A DNA stretch of 64,000 nt, taken from Methanobacteriota archaeon. Its GTDB lineage: Archaea > Thermoplasmatota > E2 > DHVEG-1. Both the position numbers and the translations under genes were made by a program. Positions 44,647 to 55,554 of the stretch are shown piece after piece. The notes below the pieces were generated by a model, which had not been told where the DNA came from, did no database searches, and saw nothing but the letters and a program-made list of their open reading frames with translations. Within the stretch, counting starts at the first letter, position 1. Each line of letters opens with the position of its first letter. The stretch covers positions 224,001 to 288,000 of the forward strand of contig CAVYNH010000006.1 of assembly GCA_963769885.1 (NCBI GenBank). Reading direction: 5' to 3'.

Positions 44647-46146
44647 TCAAATTAAGGATAAAAAGATAGAAGCAGGAACTAAAACAGTATTTTCATATTC
44701 CTGAAAATCATTTTTTGTTATAATTAATCCTCTAAGATTATGGTTCTTTGCAAATTGACTGACATTTCGTAAAGACTGGCTCGGTATATCTGTTCTGAAC
44801 TTGGACTCCACGGGAAGAAGTTGCGGTCCCATATTTGCAATAAAATCAATTTCACTGTTGTGAGGCTCCCAGTAAAAGATTTCATTTCTTGCATCAAATG
44901 GGTCAGATGGCCTTAGATTATAAATTAATCTAATTAGATGGTCAGCAACTAGTGATTCGATAATTATTCCCCTATTGGAATCATCAGCAAGATAATTCAT
45001 GCTTGATTCAAAAGCAGTCTCTGTACCAGTTGAAGAAGTCCAATATCTCAAAGAATGAAAAATAAAAGGATCAAGTATGTAGATTTTTTTACCTTTTTTA
45101 GTGGCTTTTGATGCTTTGTCCGCTACTCGTAAATGATAGAAATATGCTAATGTAAAGCAATCATACATGTTGTCAACATACGATTTTATTGTCGGCATTG
45201 ATGCAACATCTTCTGTTAAACTATTCCAGGATACTTTGCATCCCATTGATTTTATTATTTGCTCTAAGATATTCTTAGCTGTAGTTGTTTCTCTTTTCCA
45301 ATGAGCTAAGTCTGATTGAAAAGCGTGAATGTAATCAGTGTATGTGGCATTTTGAATTGTACTAGTATTCTTATATTCATTAATAGCCTTCGCAATTCCT
45401 CCAGTAAGAAGATAAATGTCTAATAGGACATCTAAATCTTTTTTTAACATAAGAAACCATGTAAGATTATCATTTCGCTTACTTTGAATTAAATCAAGGA
45501 GAACTCGCCGTCTTTTTTCACCATTATGAAGATCTCTTTTAAAAAATTCTGCTGCCAATACTTTATCATAGCATCTAATAAACTCAGCAAATTTCATTGG
45601 GACCAATCTTTTATGTTGAACAATATCTCCCCTTCCTGTTCTGCCAGGAAGCTTCTCAGCTCCAGATTGAATGTCCATTGCATGAGAACCGCATGCAAGT
45701 AAAGTAAGATCCGTCAAAGCACCTTGATCAAATAGGCTCTTTATGGCAAGTTGCCAATTTTTAACAGAAGAGATTTCATCTATAAACAAATATAGATGTT
45801 CGTTTGTTTGTGCTCTTACTTGCTTAATATATGAAAGGATATTTTCTTCTAATTTCTTGGGAGATTTAACTAAATCACAACGAGAGAAAAATATTCTAAA
45901 AGGGTCAATCCCGGACTGTAGCTTTTCTCTGATAAGTATTTTCATCAGGGTAGTTTTTCCTACTTGTCGTGGCCCTCTCAATGTGTACAATACATAGCCA
46001 TCAACATCAAGTTGTATCCTTCTTTTAATAGCAGGCTCCCAGTGTATAGATGACGAGTCAAAGGTTTTCAAATGAATATCTTGGTTTATTGCTTCAGGAT
46101 TAGTCCACCATGGGTTCTCTGAAGCAAGCTCAAATATGCTTTTCAC
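44647..46146 (-). CDS. AAA_14-type ATPase with DUF4143 / C-terminal PD-(D/E)XK-like domain
   Basis: NPWW, GPRQVGKTT, FIDEI, LPGR, YLLTGG, KKIYILDP, EIDF...PVESK. Confidence 0.85.
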   Translation of the reverse strand: MKSIFELASENPWWTNPEAINQDIHLKTFDSSSIHWEPAIKRRIQLDVDGYVLYTLRGPRQVGKTTLMKILIREKLQSGIDPFRIFFSRCDLVKSPKKLEENILSYIKQVRAQTNEHLYLFIDEISSVKNWQLAIKSLFDQGALTDLTLLACGSHAMDIQSGAEKLPGRTGRGDIVQHKRLVPMKFAEFIRCYDKVLAAEFFKRDLHNGEKRRRVLLDLIQSKRNDNLTWFLMLKKDLDVLLDIYLLTGGIAKAINEYKNTSTIQNATYTDYIHAFQSDLAHWKRETTTAKNILEQIIKSMGCKVSWNSLTEDVASMPTIKSYVDNMYDCFTLAYFYHLRVADKASKATKKGKKIYILDPFIFHSLRYWTSSTGTETAFESSMNYLADDSNRGIIIESLVADHLIRLIYNLRPSDPFDARNEIFYWEPHNSEIDFIANMGPQLLPVESKFRTDIPSQSLRNVSQFAKNHNLRGLIITKNDFQEYENTVLVPASIFLSLI

Positions 46147-46387
46147 AAGAAATGAAGGTTATTCTTAGTATTTAAACTTGTTCATAAAGTATTTTGAAGC
46201 TAGTATTTAAAGAAGTGAAAATGATTATATTTTTTTATTTTTCTATTTAAACTTTTTTTAAATAGATTTTGAAAGATAAGCATTTTGGTCTTTTGTTGCT
46301 CCGTAAATTATTTTAAAATTCTCGAAAACTCTAAATCAAGACTCGAAACTTCTTTATCTATTATTTCGATAACCTTACCTTGAGAGG

Positions 46388-48494
46388 ATGAAGCCTAAAA
46401 AAATAATGAGACCTAAAGACAGGTTCATTCACCACGAACGATACGAGGTCGAATTATACAATGATTTAATAAAGAAATTTAATCAGCGGGGTTTTGAGTT
46501 CAAACAAAAACCTGGATTTTCAGACTTAGTTGATGAATTGAATAGGATATTAGTTGAAGTTAAACTTGGTGCAGACACCGCTGAAGATGGGGCATCACAA
46601 ATACTCTATGAGGTTGCTAAAAGCAACCTAAGAAATTTCTTATACCTTGGATTGGCAGACAGTGAGATGTTTCATCTATTCAAGAGTCCAGAGTACAGGT
46701 CATATTTTGACTTTCGCTTTATCCCTTGACCCAGAGTTATCAAAATCTCCAAGTAGTTTCAGTGGAAAAAAGATTGCCGAGGCATTAGTGATTTTTGGTG
46801 AACCCATTTGGCAAGGTTTTTGGAGAAACACAGAGGATGATCTGTCTAGGATTCTAAGTAGCGACACTCACATTCCGTTCATAGCGGAAAATCTCTTTGA
46901 TTTCCATAGGATTTTTGGATTGTACGGCATCAGAACCTCTGATGTTATTGCTGCATTTACTGATGAGGTTGTTAGCCATATTGAAGTAACAAAGGACCGC
47001 ATTGTTATTTCAAGAGAACGAGGAAATCCAGTTGTGATACGCTATTCTGGAGAAATGAAGCGAACCCACAAATGGATTTTGCAAAGGATGAGAATCCCTG
47101 ATATTAAAGCTATTGAAAAACTTCGGCAGACAAGCGATCGCTTACAGAGTCATAATAAACGAGTCGAGCGAGGTGCATTTTACACCGAGGAGTTGCTGTC
47201 TATTAAAATGAGCCTGAAGGCTCTAGAGCTTGTTCACCCTGACTTTATTATAGAGCCTTATGCAGGTGCTGGTTCACTATTGGCTGCAGTTGTCAATGAT
47301 GTCCCTAATGGCTGGGTAAACGACTATGATAAAGACGCGGCAGCTATGCTTTCGGCAGATTATGGTAGTTTAGGATACAAAGTAACATGTGAAGACATGA
47401 TTTTTTACCCAGTTCAAAAAGCTGTAAAAATCATTGGTGATGCTGAACGACCATTGTTCATTACCAATCCTCCTTTCAGTTATATTCGAGGTTTCACGTA
47501 TGGAACAGAAAAACTTGAAAAATTGAATAAGAAGTATGGGAAGAGGAATCAGATACAACTGGCTATTGGTAAAATAATGGAGATAATAGAAAATCTCGAC
47601 AGAGGTTATCTCGCTTTTTTTTCTCAGATGGGTGTGTTTTGTGAAAAAGAACAATATGTATTATTTTTGAATCAGCTTCTCAATAATTTTACATTCATTG
47701 ATGGATATATCTGGTCTGGGAAACATTTTAATGATGTACGGGAAGAGATTCCTGTTTCCTTCACAATTTGGAAATATGGGGGATCAACTGATTTAGAGAA
47801 AATAAAATTCGATTGTGAAGATTTTGGTTTAATAGGATTCAAACGATACCCTTTATTAAGAGATGGATGGAGATATAGGACACAAAAGATAATGAAAGGT
47901 GAAATAGCGGTTCAGGCACAAGGAGATTTCGATACTCGTTCTCCAAAAATATTTCATAATCAAGTAATCAAAGGTGGCTCAGAAGTAATACCTGAGAATG
48001 TAAAAAAACCTTTACATCTTAAAGGAATATCTGATGAATTGGCGTACGCTCTCTGGATTACAGTTGTAGGCCAAAAATCATTAGGAAGATCCAGCAAAGA
48101 AGGATACCCGTTTTATGATGGAGCAGCATATGTTCATCTACCTAATTTTACATTAGATAAGACAAAAGAAATTCTAGCATATGGTCTCTTATATGCCTTT
48201 ATTGGGCCAGATTATACTCAAGGGAAAATAGGTTTTATTGGCCCAAGAAAAGTAATGAGATTTGGAAAGTCTACACGTTTGAATAACGGGGCAAAATATC
48301 TGTTTGATACTTATGGCTATTTACCTGTCGGTGAGCAGACAATCTCTGAAATCCTCGATGAAATTAAAGATGGCCATAAAGGCCAACACTGGAGGATAGA
48401 TATAGTCAAAGAAATCTCTAATAGATTGGAAGCAATCGGTTATTGGGATAATATTCCCTTACCGTTGAAACATAATAATTCAACTCTTTTTTGA
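46388..48494 (+). CDS. Type IIG-like restriction-modification enzyme (nuclease plus N6-adenine MTase), with a +1 frameshift near 46697
   Basis: N-terminal SDL...LVEVK; GAFYT; IIEPYAGAGSL (motif I); TNPPF (motif IV); the two ORFs join after removing 1 nt (2107-nt span). Confidence 0.72.
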
Positions 48495-48611
48495 ATTAGA
48501 CAATGAAGGTCAATTCATTTACAGGATTGATTTTATTAAAACTCATTTACTTCATATGAAAAAGCCCTATTTTCATTGCTTTTATATATCAGTAGATTCG
48601 TTTTTTCGATT

Positions 48612-49343
48612 ATGACTCCTATAAACAAGAAACTCAGCGAAGAAGACTGCCAGCGAATTATCAAGCTCATTAGTGAGGGTCATCGAATTAAGGATCTAGC
48701 AAAGAAGTTCAGTGTTGACCCTAGCACCATACAAAAGCGATGTAAAGGCAAGTATCTGATGAGGATGGTCCCGTTAGAAATCAAAAACAAAGTCTTCCAG
48801 GCCCTCAAAGAAGGATATACTAAGGCAGAAGCAGCCAATATGTATGGCTTACAGGTCGGCACTGTCTATTCTATGACGAAGGGGATCCCTGGTGGTCGCA
48901 GGGAAGGAAACCACATCCTGAGACCGAATGGAATCAAGCTTCTCAATAGATTACTTGTTGATGGTTGTCTTATCACAGATTATTATATTGAGGTTGCTCG
49001 GAACCTTCAGAAGCTGTTCCCCTGCATCTTAACCGCTCGATACAGGGCAAAGACCTTCTTCTATCTTAAAGGAAGAGAAGAAGAGACCATTGAGGCATTC
49101 TTCAAGCAGATGCCGGATCATGTGATCCATTACGCAGCTTTAGAAGAAATCTCTTTCCTGCTTGGCGTCAAGATTAATAGGGAGAACCAAGGACGGCTTA
49201 TAGAGAAGTATAAGCAGAAGCATCGAGATTTTGTGATTTCCAAGCGCCTTCAACAACGATGCATCGAGGATTTTTTTTCTGATGAAGAGTATCCGTTTGT
49301 CTGGGAAGAACCGAAATTTCATATTCCTCCAAAGCAAAGCTGA
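48612..49343 (+). CDS. Tandem-HTH protein
   Basis: GHRIKDLAKKFSVDPSTIQK; GYTKAEAANMYGLQVGTVY. Confidence 0.7.
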   Translation: MTPINKKLSEEDCQRIIKLISEGHRIKDLAKKFSVDPSTIQKRCKGKYLMRMVPLEIKNKVFQALKEGYTKAEAANMYGLQVGTVYSMTKGIPGGRREGNHILRPNGIKLLNRLLVDGCLITDYYIEVARNLQKLFPCILTARYRAKTFFYLKGREEETIEAFFKQMPDHVIHYAALEEISFLLGVKINRENQGRLIEKYKQKHRDFVISKRLQQRCIEDFFSDEEYPFVWEEPKFHIPPKQS

Positions 49344-49494
49344 TTAAATAGGGAGTGATAAAAAATAGGCCAAGAGTTTAAGAAATATTTAAATAAAGAT
49401 ACTTGATTGTGTTACCACGAGGTGGTGCCGGTAAGATAGTAAAATAGTTAGGACAAATTTATTATACAAGTTTTATATATATTTTCGTGAAAAG

Positions 49495-49914
49495 ATGACA
49501 GAAGCCATCGAAAGAAAGACAGACTTTAATGATTTTGCTATTGCTGTATCCAAAGCCTTTGAAGATGTAAGTACAATTTTATCTAATAAAAATAAAAGTA
49601 TAGAATTATGCGAAGCAAAAAAAATATTAGTATTACTTGAAGATGATTTATCGAAGGTGATTTTACTTTCGTCATTAGAGACGAGTACTTTTGAACAACT
49701 ATTAGAATCCACTCGTATAGATCCTTTAACCTTAGATGAATGTCTGGATAATATGCATCATTTTGGGTTGTTAGAAAAATATTTCGTTAAAGGAAGTCCC
49801 TACCAACCAAGATATAAAACAACGAAATTTGCCAAAATTGTATTGAGAGATCTATTTGATGTGAAAAAAGAGAAAGCAGCAGAAGAATTAAAAAAACTGC
49901 AGAAGAAGCAATAG
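49495..49914 (+). CDS. Putative winged-helix protein
   Basis: TFEQLLESTRIDPLTLDECLDNMHHFGLLEK...YKTT. Confidence 0.6.
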   Translation: MTEAIERKTDFNDFAIAVSKAFEDVSTILSNKNKSIELCEAKKILVLLEDDLSKVILLSSLETSTFEQLLESTRIDPLTLDECLDNMHHFGLLEKYFVKGSPYQPRYKTTKFAKIVLRDLFDVKKEKAAEELKKLQKKQ

Positions 49915-49947
49915 TACGACTTTCTCATTTGGATCAAAAGGATTATT

Positions 49948-50487
49948 ATGGCAATAAAAAGTTTAGATATTCTGCTATTGGGTCCTTATCATCCAACACC
50001 TGAAGAATTATCTAAAATGTATGAAAAAGGAGAGCCAGCAATAGATGAAAAATTGAAAAAAAGAATACCCCTTCATTATATGGAAAAATTAAATCATTTA
50101 AAGGAAACATTAAAAGCCGACGGGCATGAAGCCTATTTTGTAACAGATAAAAGAACTGATATTAGAAATACATGGGAAAGAACCAATAATCTAATAAATG
50201 ATTCAGATTTGATTATTCATTTGCTTTCCAATACTGGCGGTTCTATGTTTGAACATGGTCTTATTACAGCTTTTAATCTACATTATAAAACCTATACTTT
50301 TATATCAGAGGATGAATTTAAACATGTTTCTGGTCTAATAAAAACAGGTACGAGATTACAACCAGAAGTAAATATGTATAGATACGAAAATGATGAAGAA
50401 TTATTTGATCTTGTAATTAGAAAGTTAGATAGTTTTCAAAGAGCAGATTATATAAGAGAAATTAAAAAGAAATTGGAAGTATCATAA
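49948..50487 (+). CDS. Nucleoside 2-deoxyribosyltransferase-like / TIR-like fold protein
   Basis: LLLGPY...LKETLKADGHEAY...INDSDLIIHLLSNTGGSMFEHG. Confidence 0.5.
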   Translation: MAIKSLDILLLGPYHPTPEELSKMYEKGEPAIDEKLKKRIPLHYMEKLNHLKETLKADGHEAYFVTDKRTDIRNTWERTNNLINDSDLIIHLLSNTGGSMFEHGLITAFNLHYKTYTFISEDEFKHVSGLIKTGTRLQPEVNMYRYENDEELFDLVIRKLDSFQRADYIREIKKKLEVS

Positions 50488-50530
50488 AATAGGAGTAAAA
50501 CTTTTTTTCATACTTTAACAATAAGCAACA

Positions 50531-50740
50531 TTAAAGTTTTCCTCCTGCTCTGAAGATCGCATCCATCAGAAGAGATTCTTCTTTTCTCAATCCATCCATG
50601 AATTTCTCATACCGTTCTATCTCTTCCTTACTTGATCTAGGTTTGGCCTTATTGAATAGGTCTTCCATTAGCTGAATGAGAGCTTGGCAGGCAGCTAAAT
50701 CTTTCTTCAGTTGTTCAACATCTGCTATTCGATAAACCAT
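50531..50740 (-). CDS. Small helical hypothetical protein
   Basis: 69-aa ORF with coiled-coil character. Confidence 0.5.
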   Translation of the reverse strand: MVYRIADVEQLKKDLAACQALIQLMEDLFNKAKPRSSKEEIERYEKFMDGLRKEESLLMDAIFRAGGKL

Positions 50741-50912
50741 ATCTGGAGTTAAATCGGATAAAGAGATTTAGTTTTTCTTATTGGTTACTTCCCTAGAAAG
50801 GTTCTCTACTCTTAAATTTTCTTAACATTCGTTGCAATAAAATTCATATCAAAATATTTATATGAATGTAAAGAATAGCAATTCCAGACTAATCACAGGG
50901 GAAGAGGAAAAA

Positions 50913-52829
50913 ATGCGAAATAATATGTTGAGGAAAGGATTGGTTATAGGAATCATATTGTTATTTGCAGGAACAAGTGTTCTTCCTACTAGAATGGTAA
51001 AGGCAACCAGAAATATAATTTATGTGCCAGATGATTATACAACGATTCAAGCTGCAGTTGATAATGCGAGTGCTAATGATACCATTGTTGTTCGAGATGG
51101 AACATATACTGAGAATATCAATGTAAACAAGCGTTTGACGATTCAATCAGAGAATGGTTCTTCAAATTGTATTGTCCAAACTATTTCTCCTGGTGGATAT
51201 ATCTTTGATTTAGGCGCTGATTCAGTGGTTATAAAGGGATTTACTCTTGAGGGAGCCTGGGACTGGGGATCGGGAGTTTATCTAGAAAATGTTAACTATT
51301 GCTCTATTCTGGATAATATCTGTATTAACAATTATAATGGTATTTTATTGCAATGTTTTGCAAATTATAGCACATTAAAAAATAATAATTGTTCTGGAGG
51401 TTGCCATGGTATTCATTTGCAACAAAGTGCTAATAATATCGTGATAAATAACTCCTGCTATAATAACAGGTTTAATTGGGGGGATGGCATCATGGTAGAA
51501 GGTTATTATTCCTACAACAACCTTCTTAAATATAACAGTGTCTCTGGAAATCTCCATGGTATCCATTTAGCACATGCGGAGTATGAAGCAAGCAATAATT
51601 GGATATACCTGAATAACTTCGTGGACAATGATGAAAACTCTTGGATTGAACAAACTCACATTACTAATACTTGGAACTCTACTGAAGAAATAATTTATTC
51701 CTATAATGGTAGTGTTTATACCAACTATATGGGTAATTATTGGGATGATTACACAGGTAATGATTCTGATGGAGATGGTATAGGTGATGCCTCCTATAGC
51801 ATATTTGGAGTTAATGATTATTATCCCTTAATGGAACCTTTCGAGAATTATATAAATGAAGTCTCCAAAGGCATATGGATTAATGGAGGACAATATGGGC
51901 ATTCTAATAATCCAACAACAGAACAATACATTGTAACAGCAAATCATTTCGGAGGAATAAATTCTATTATTGACCTTGTCGTCATTCTTGCCCGAGCGGA
52001 TGGTACGTATGCCGAATACCCAAGTACTGTGGCAGATCGGAATGAGAGCAAGGATTTAGTTGAGCCAATGCTTGAGGCATTGGATGAATCTGGGTATCAT
52101 TGTATTCTCAGTATCCAACCCCTTACTACTAATATCACCGATCTCATAAATGAGATTCTTTCAAGATATTCCCATCATCCTTGTATTCTTGGAGTGGGAC
52201 TTGATGCTGAATGGAAGGGACCGGTACAACCTGGATCAGTGTCTGATGCTGAGGCGGAATCTTACATCGATACTATCCAACATTTCCAGGGCTCCTACCA
52301 ACTTTTCTTAGTCCACTATGATATTAGTATGCTGCCCGATGATAGACCTAGAATGACTGTCCTATATGATGGGAAGGATGATGTTCCTACAATACTCGCA
52401 AATTATCGTGTTTGGGGTCAGAAATGGTCTTCGGTGGGAATCTATGTATTCGATAAGAGTTCACCGATTGCCGATGATGTAATCATGGAAACCGCTCCAA
52501 ATACGGGTTACATCATACATGAAGAATACACCGTCCTTGGTCTTGGCATAGAAATCAAAGGCGGGCTAGGGGTGAATGTGAATATTAAAAATAATGGGGA
52601 TGTTAAAGCCGCTAATATCACATGGGAGATCTATATCGAGGGCGGTATTCTTCAACGAATAAATAAAACAGTGAATGGTACTATCGATATTCCTGTAGGG
52701 GAATCAGGCACGGTAAGGACGGGATTATTCTTTGGATTTGGCCCTATCGCTATCACTGTAAAAGCAGCTGATGAAGAAAAGATCGCAGAGGGAACACAGT
52801 TCATCATCTTCTCGATGGTAAAGAAATAG
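50913..52829 (+). CDS. Secreted NosD/CASH beta-helix protein with a glycoside-hydrolase-like barrel and a lineage-type C-terminal domain
   Basis: VPDDYTTIQAAVD, GTYTENI, NN..GI.L repeats, GNYWDDY..DSDGDGIGD, HPCILGVGLDAEW, FFGFGPIAITV. Confidence 0.8.
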   Translation: MRNNMLRKGLVIGIILLFAGTSVLPTRMVKATRNIIYVPDDYTTIQAAVDNASANDTIVVRDGTYTENINVNKRLTIQSENGSSNCIVQTISPGGYIFDLGADSVVIKGFTLEGAWDWGSGVYLENVNYCSILDNICINNYNGILLQCFANYSTLKNNNCSGGCHGIHLQQSANNIVINNSCYNNRFNWGDGIMVEGYYSYNNLLKYNSVSGNLHGIHLAHAEYEASNNWIYLNNFVDNDENSWIEQTHITNTWNSTEEIIYSYNGSVYTNYMGNYWDDYTGNDSDGDGIGDASYSIFGVNDYYPLMEPFENYINEVSKGIWINGGQYGHSNNPTTEQYIVTANHFGGINSIIDLVVILARADGTYAEYPSTVADRNESKDLVEPMLEALDESGYHCILSIQPLTTNITDLINEILSRYSHHPCILGVGLDAEWKGPVQPGSVSDAEAESYIDTIQHFQGSYQLFLVHYDISMLPDDRPRMTVLYDGKDDVPTILANYRVWGQKWSSVGIYVFDKSSPIADDVIMETAPNTGYIIHEEYTVLGLGIEIKGGLGVNVNIKNNGDVKAANITWEIYIEGGILQRINKTVNGTIDIPVGESGTVRTGLFFGFGPIAITVKAADEEKIAEGTQFIIFSMVKK

Positions 52830-53020
52830 GGAAACCTATCTCCCCCTATCTTTCTTTTTTTCTTTTTATATATGCTTTTAACCCTTAGCTATTGGATAAA
52901 CTATTTCCTTCTCATTTTTCCAATAAAATAGGTTGAATTTCCCGATAGTGTTTTTCAATGTTTTTCTCCATATGAATCCTCGTTCCTTCTCATTTTTTTA
53001 CCTTAGCAAGTACTGTCATC

Positions 53021-54103
53021 GGCGCACCAAACGAGGAAACCGCGCTCTCCATCCTGCCAGCTCACAAGCTTCTCCTCAAAGGACGCGGCTACCATGCCCT
53101 CAGCCTCGCGGTCCTCGGCGGCATCGGCGCCATGCTCCTCTGCCTCGGCCTCCTCCTCCCGATGCGGTTCATCATCGGGCCACCCCTCAACCTCTACACC
53201 GCCCTCAGAAGCATCATGGTCTGGGTCCTCCTCGCCGTCGTCGCCATCATGATTGGCACCGAAAAATGCCGCATCGCCGAACTCGGCACGAAAGGAAAAC
53301 TCCCCGCCGCGGCCGGCATGCTCTTCGCCCTCCTCGTCTTCCTCCTCTCCGGCATCTTCGGCCTCATCATCTTCAACATGACCCCGCAGTCCCCCATCGG
53401 ACTACCCGCCCCCGTCCTCTTCCCCGCCTTCGTCGGACTCTTCGGCCTACCGACGCTGCTCGCATCGCTGGCGACCAGACCCGCCATCCCTCCTCAAAAC
53501 CTCGAGCCGCTCACCCTCAACCGCATCGATCGGAAAGCCTCAGGCCTCTCCGTCGCAACCGGCAGCCTCGCCGGCATCTTCGTCTCCCTGATTCCCGGGC
53601 TGACGACCGCGACCGGCACCGTCATTGCCATGAACGCCCGCCCCCGCGCCAGCCCTGAACAGACCATCATCACCCTCTCCGCGGTCAGCGCCTCCTCATC
53701 GTTCTTCGTCATCATCGTGCTCTTCCTCACCCAACGGGCGCGTAGCGGCGTCACAATTACGATTTCGGCGCTACAGCCCGCCGAGCTATGGTCTTCCCTC
53801 CTCCCGCCGCAGTTCCTCGTTTACCTCTTGATTTTTCTTATCGTCAGCGGCTCTATTTCCTATTTCACCGCTTTGTCCTTGGGTCGCTGGTTCGCCAAGA
53901 ACTTCTCTCGCATCCCCTATGTTCCCCTCGTCGTCTTCACCATTGCGTTCATCGTCTCGCTGGTGATCCTTTTCACCGGTCTGCTCGGCATCATGATCTT
54001 GGGGGTGGCGGCATGTCTTGGGTTCCTCCCGTTGACGTGGGGCGTCCGCCGCAGTCAATGTATGGGAGTGCTCCTCATCCCGATTATTCTGTACTTTCTC
54101 TAA
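53021..54103 (+). pseudogene. TctA-like permease, 3' part
   Basis: GAPNEETALSILPAHKLLLKGRG...LFPAFVGLFGLP...RSG...VRRSQCMG; in frame with 41749-42006 (446 aa when rejoined). Confidence 0.9.
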
Positions 54104-54127
54104 CAAAAGAAGGCATGATTGCCAGGT

Positions 54128-54604
54128 TTATTTTTTCTTGTCGAGGAGCGTAGCCTCTATTGCTTCGTAGAACCCCGAGATATCGCAGTTATGGTGCCGT
54201 GCCACCCATAATGCCGCCACCTCGGGAATGACGCTTTTTTCGTCGGCGAGCATGGCGACCTCGGCGGCGATCGCGGTCTGGGGCAAATCGACCTCGTGAC
54301 TGATTTGTGCGACGATCTGGTCGAGAAGCGAGCGGGGCATCGATGCAGGCTTCGCCAGTTTCTTTTTCGGTGTGAACCCTGAGGGGATTATGATAGTGGT
54401 GACGTCGAAGGCCGGCGAAAGACCGTTGTCCGTGGGGATGAGAAGGTTGTCTTTGATGGCCTCGTGGACGAAGGCTTGGGCGTCGCCGGTCGTCATCCAG
54501 CCGAGGTCCATGGAGAGGGAGAGGTACAGCTCGGATTCGGTCAGGACCGTTTTGCCGCTACGGTGGTAGAGGAAGGCGATGATGATGTGGCGTTCGGTCG
54601 TCAT
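54128..54604 (-). CDS. DUF2240-like protein
   Basis: IIAFLYHRSGK..L.ESELYLSLSMDLGWM, IP.GF.P. Confidence 0.75.
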   Translation of the reverse strand: MTTERHIIIAFLYHRSGKTVLTESELYLSLSMDLGWMTTGDAQAFVHEAIKDNLLIPTDNGLSPAFDVTTIIIPSGFTPKKKLAKPASMPRSLLDQIVAQISHEVDLPQTAIAAEVAMLADEKSVIPEVAALWVARHHNCDISGFYEAIEATLLDKKK

Positions 54605-55122
54605 GAGGTGGCCTCTGATGCGAGGAAGGTGGAAAGGTCGATGAAGGCCGCGGTGTAAGCGGGGTCGTCTTGTATTGGGATGGTGGGGTCGAGTACGAGG
54701 AGGTAACGGGGGCGTTGGGTATGGCTGAGGGGGACGGTGGCGGTGGTGGTGTTGGGGATGATGAGGCCGGTGATGTGGGGTGGGATGGGGGTGTCGGGGT
54801 GGTCGTAGTAGAGGTAGAGGGGGCAGTCGGTGATGGCGGTGAGGTCGGTGGTGTCGAGGTCTGGCCAGTGGGTGGGGCGGAGGATGAGGGTGGTGGCGCC
54901 TGCCATGATGAGGTCGACGGTGTCGTCGAGGGTGCGGGGGCCGGCGTCGATCCAGAGGTCGGTGTGGGTGGTGAGGCGTTGGTAGGTGTTGTAGTGGGGG
55001 CGGTTGGTGGTGAGGCCGTCGTCGTCGATGAGGTAGAGGGGGTGGTCTTGGGGGATGGTTTTGATGAGGTCGCGGGTGGTGAGGTGTTGGTGGGTGAGGC
55101 GGAGGTAGGGGTGGTGGTCCAT
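54601..55122 (-). CDS. Divergent, truncated HisA/HisF-like protein
   Basis: LYLIDDDGL, LWIDAGPRTLDDTVDLIMAGA. Confidence 0.55.
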   Translation of the reverse strand: MDHHPYLRLTHQHLTTRDLIKTIPQDHPLYLIDDDGLTTNRPHYNTYQRLTTHTDLWIDAGPRTLDDTVDLIMAGATTLILRPTHWPDLDTTDLTAITDCPLYLYYDHPDTPIPPHITGLIIPNTTTATVPLSHTQRPRYLLVLDPTIPIQDDPAYTAAFIDLSTFLASEATS

Positions 55123-55196
55123 GGTGTGTTGGGGGGTGTGAGGGGGTGGTGGGTTTATAGGGTTTTGCGCAAGGGTTATAAATCGGGTGTGGTGTT

Positions 55197-55502
55197 ATGA
55201 GCAGTGGTGGTTTTCTGATGAAGGCGCGTCTGATAGTGTGTCTGTTGATGGTTGGGCTGGTGTTGCCTGGTGTGGTGTGTGTGTCAGCTGGTCCTCCGGT
55301 GCCGGCGCGGACGCATATTATTAAGGCGGTGTATTATGTGCGGCATACGGTGCTGGATCCGAGTGTCGTGATGGAGTGGTATTATAGTCCGGAGACGCAT
55401 ACGTTTAAGTGGAATCGGGGGGCGTTTGTGCGGTATGACAGTTATACGAATTATTTCGGGTTTGGGGGGAAGTGGATCGAGTTGTATTTCTATTATAAGT
55501 GA
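55197..55502 (+). CDS. Small secreted hypothetical protein
   Basis: Signal-peptide-like MKARLIVCLLMVGLVLPG; TATA-like GGTTATAAA upstream. Confidence 0.55.
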   Translation: MSSGGFLMKARLIVCLLMVGLVLPGVVCVSAGPPVPARTHIIKAVYYVRHTVLDPSVVMEWYYSPETHTFKWNRGAFVRYDSYTNYFGFGGKWIELYFYYK

Positions 55503-55554
55503 GTAGAAAATAGAAGGAGTGGTGGGCGGGGGGTGTCCCCGTCCTTTTTTTTGT

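Larger units (their letters stand above)
42007..53015. mobile_element. 11-kb cargo-carrying ISH3-like transposon
   Basis: TSD TCATC at 42002-42006 and 53016-53020; TIRs CAGTAGATGGACAAGTAAAA and rc CAGTACTTGCTAAGGTAAAA (14/20 identical); AT-rich interior; interrupts tctA. Confidence 0.9.
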
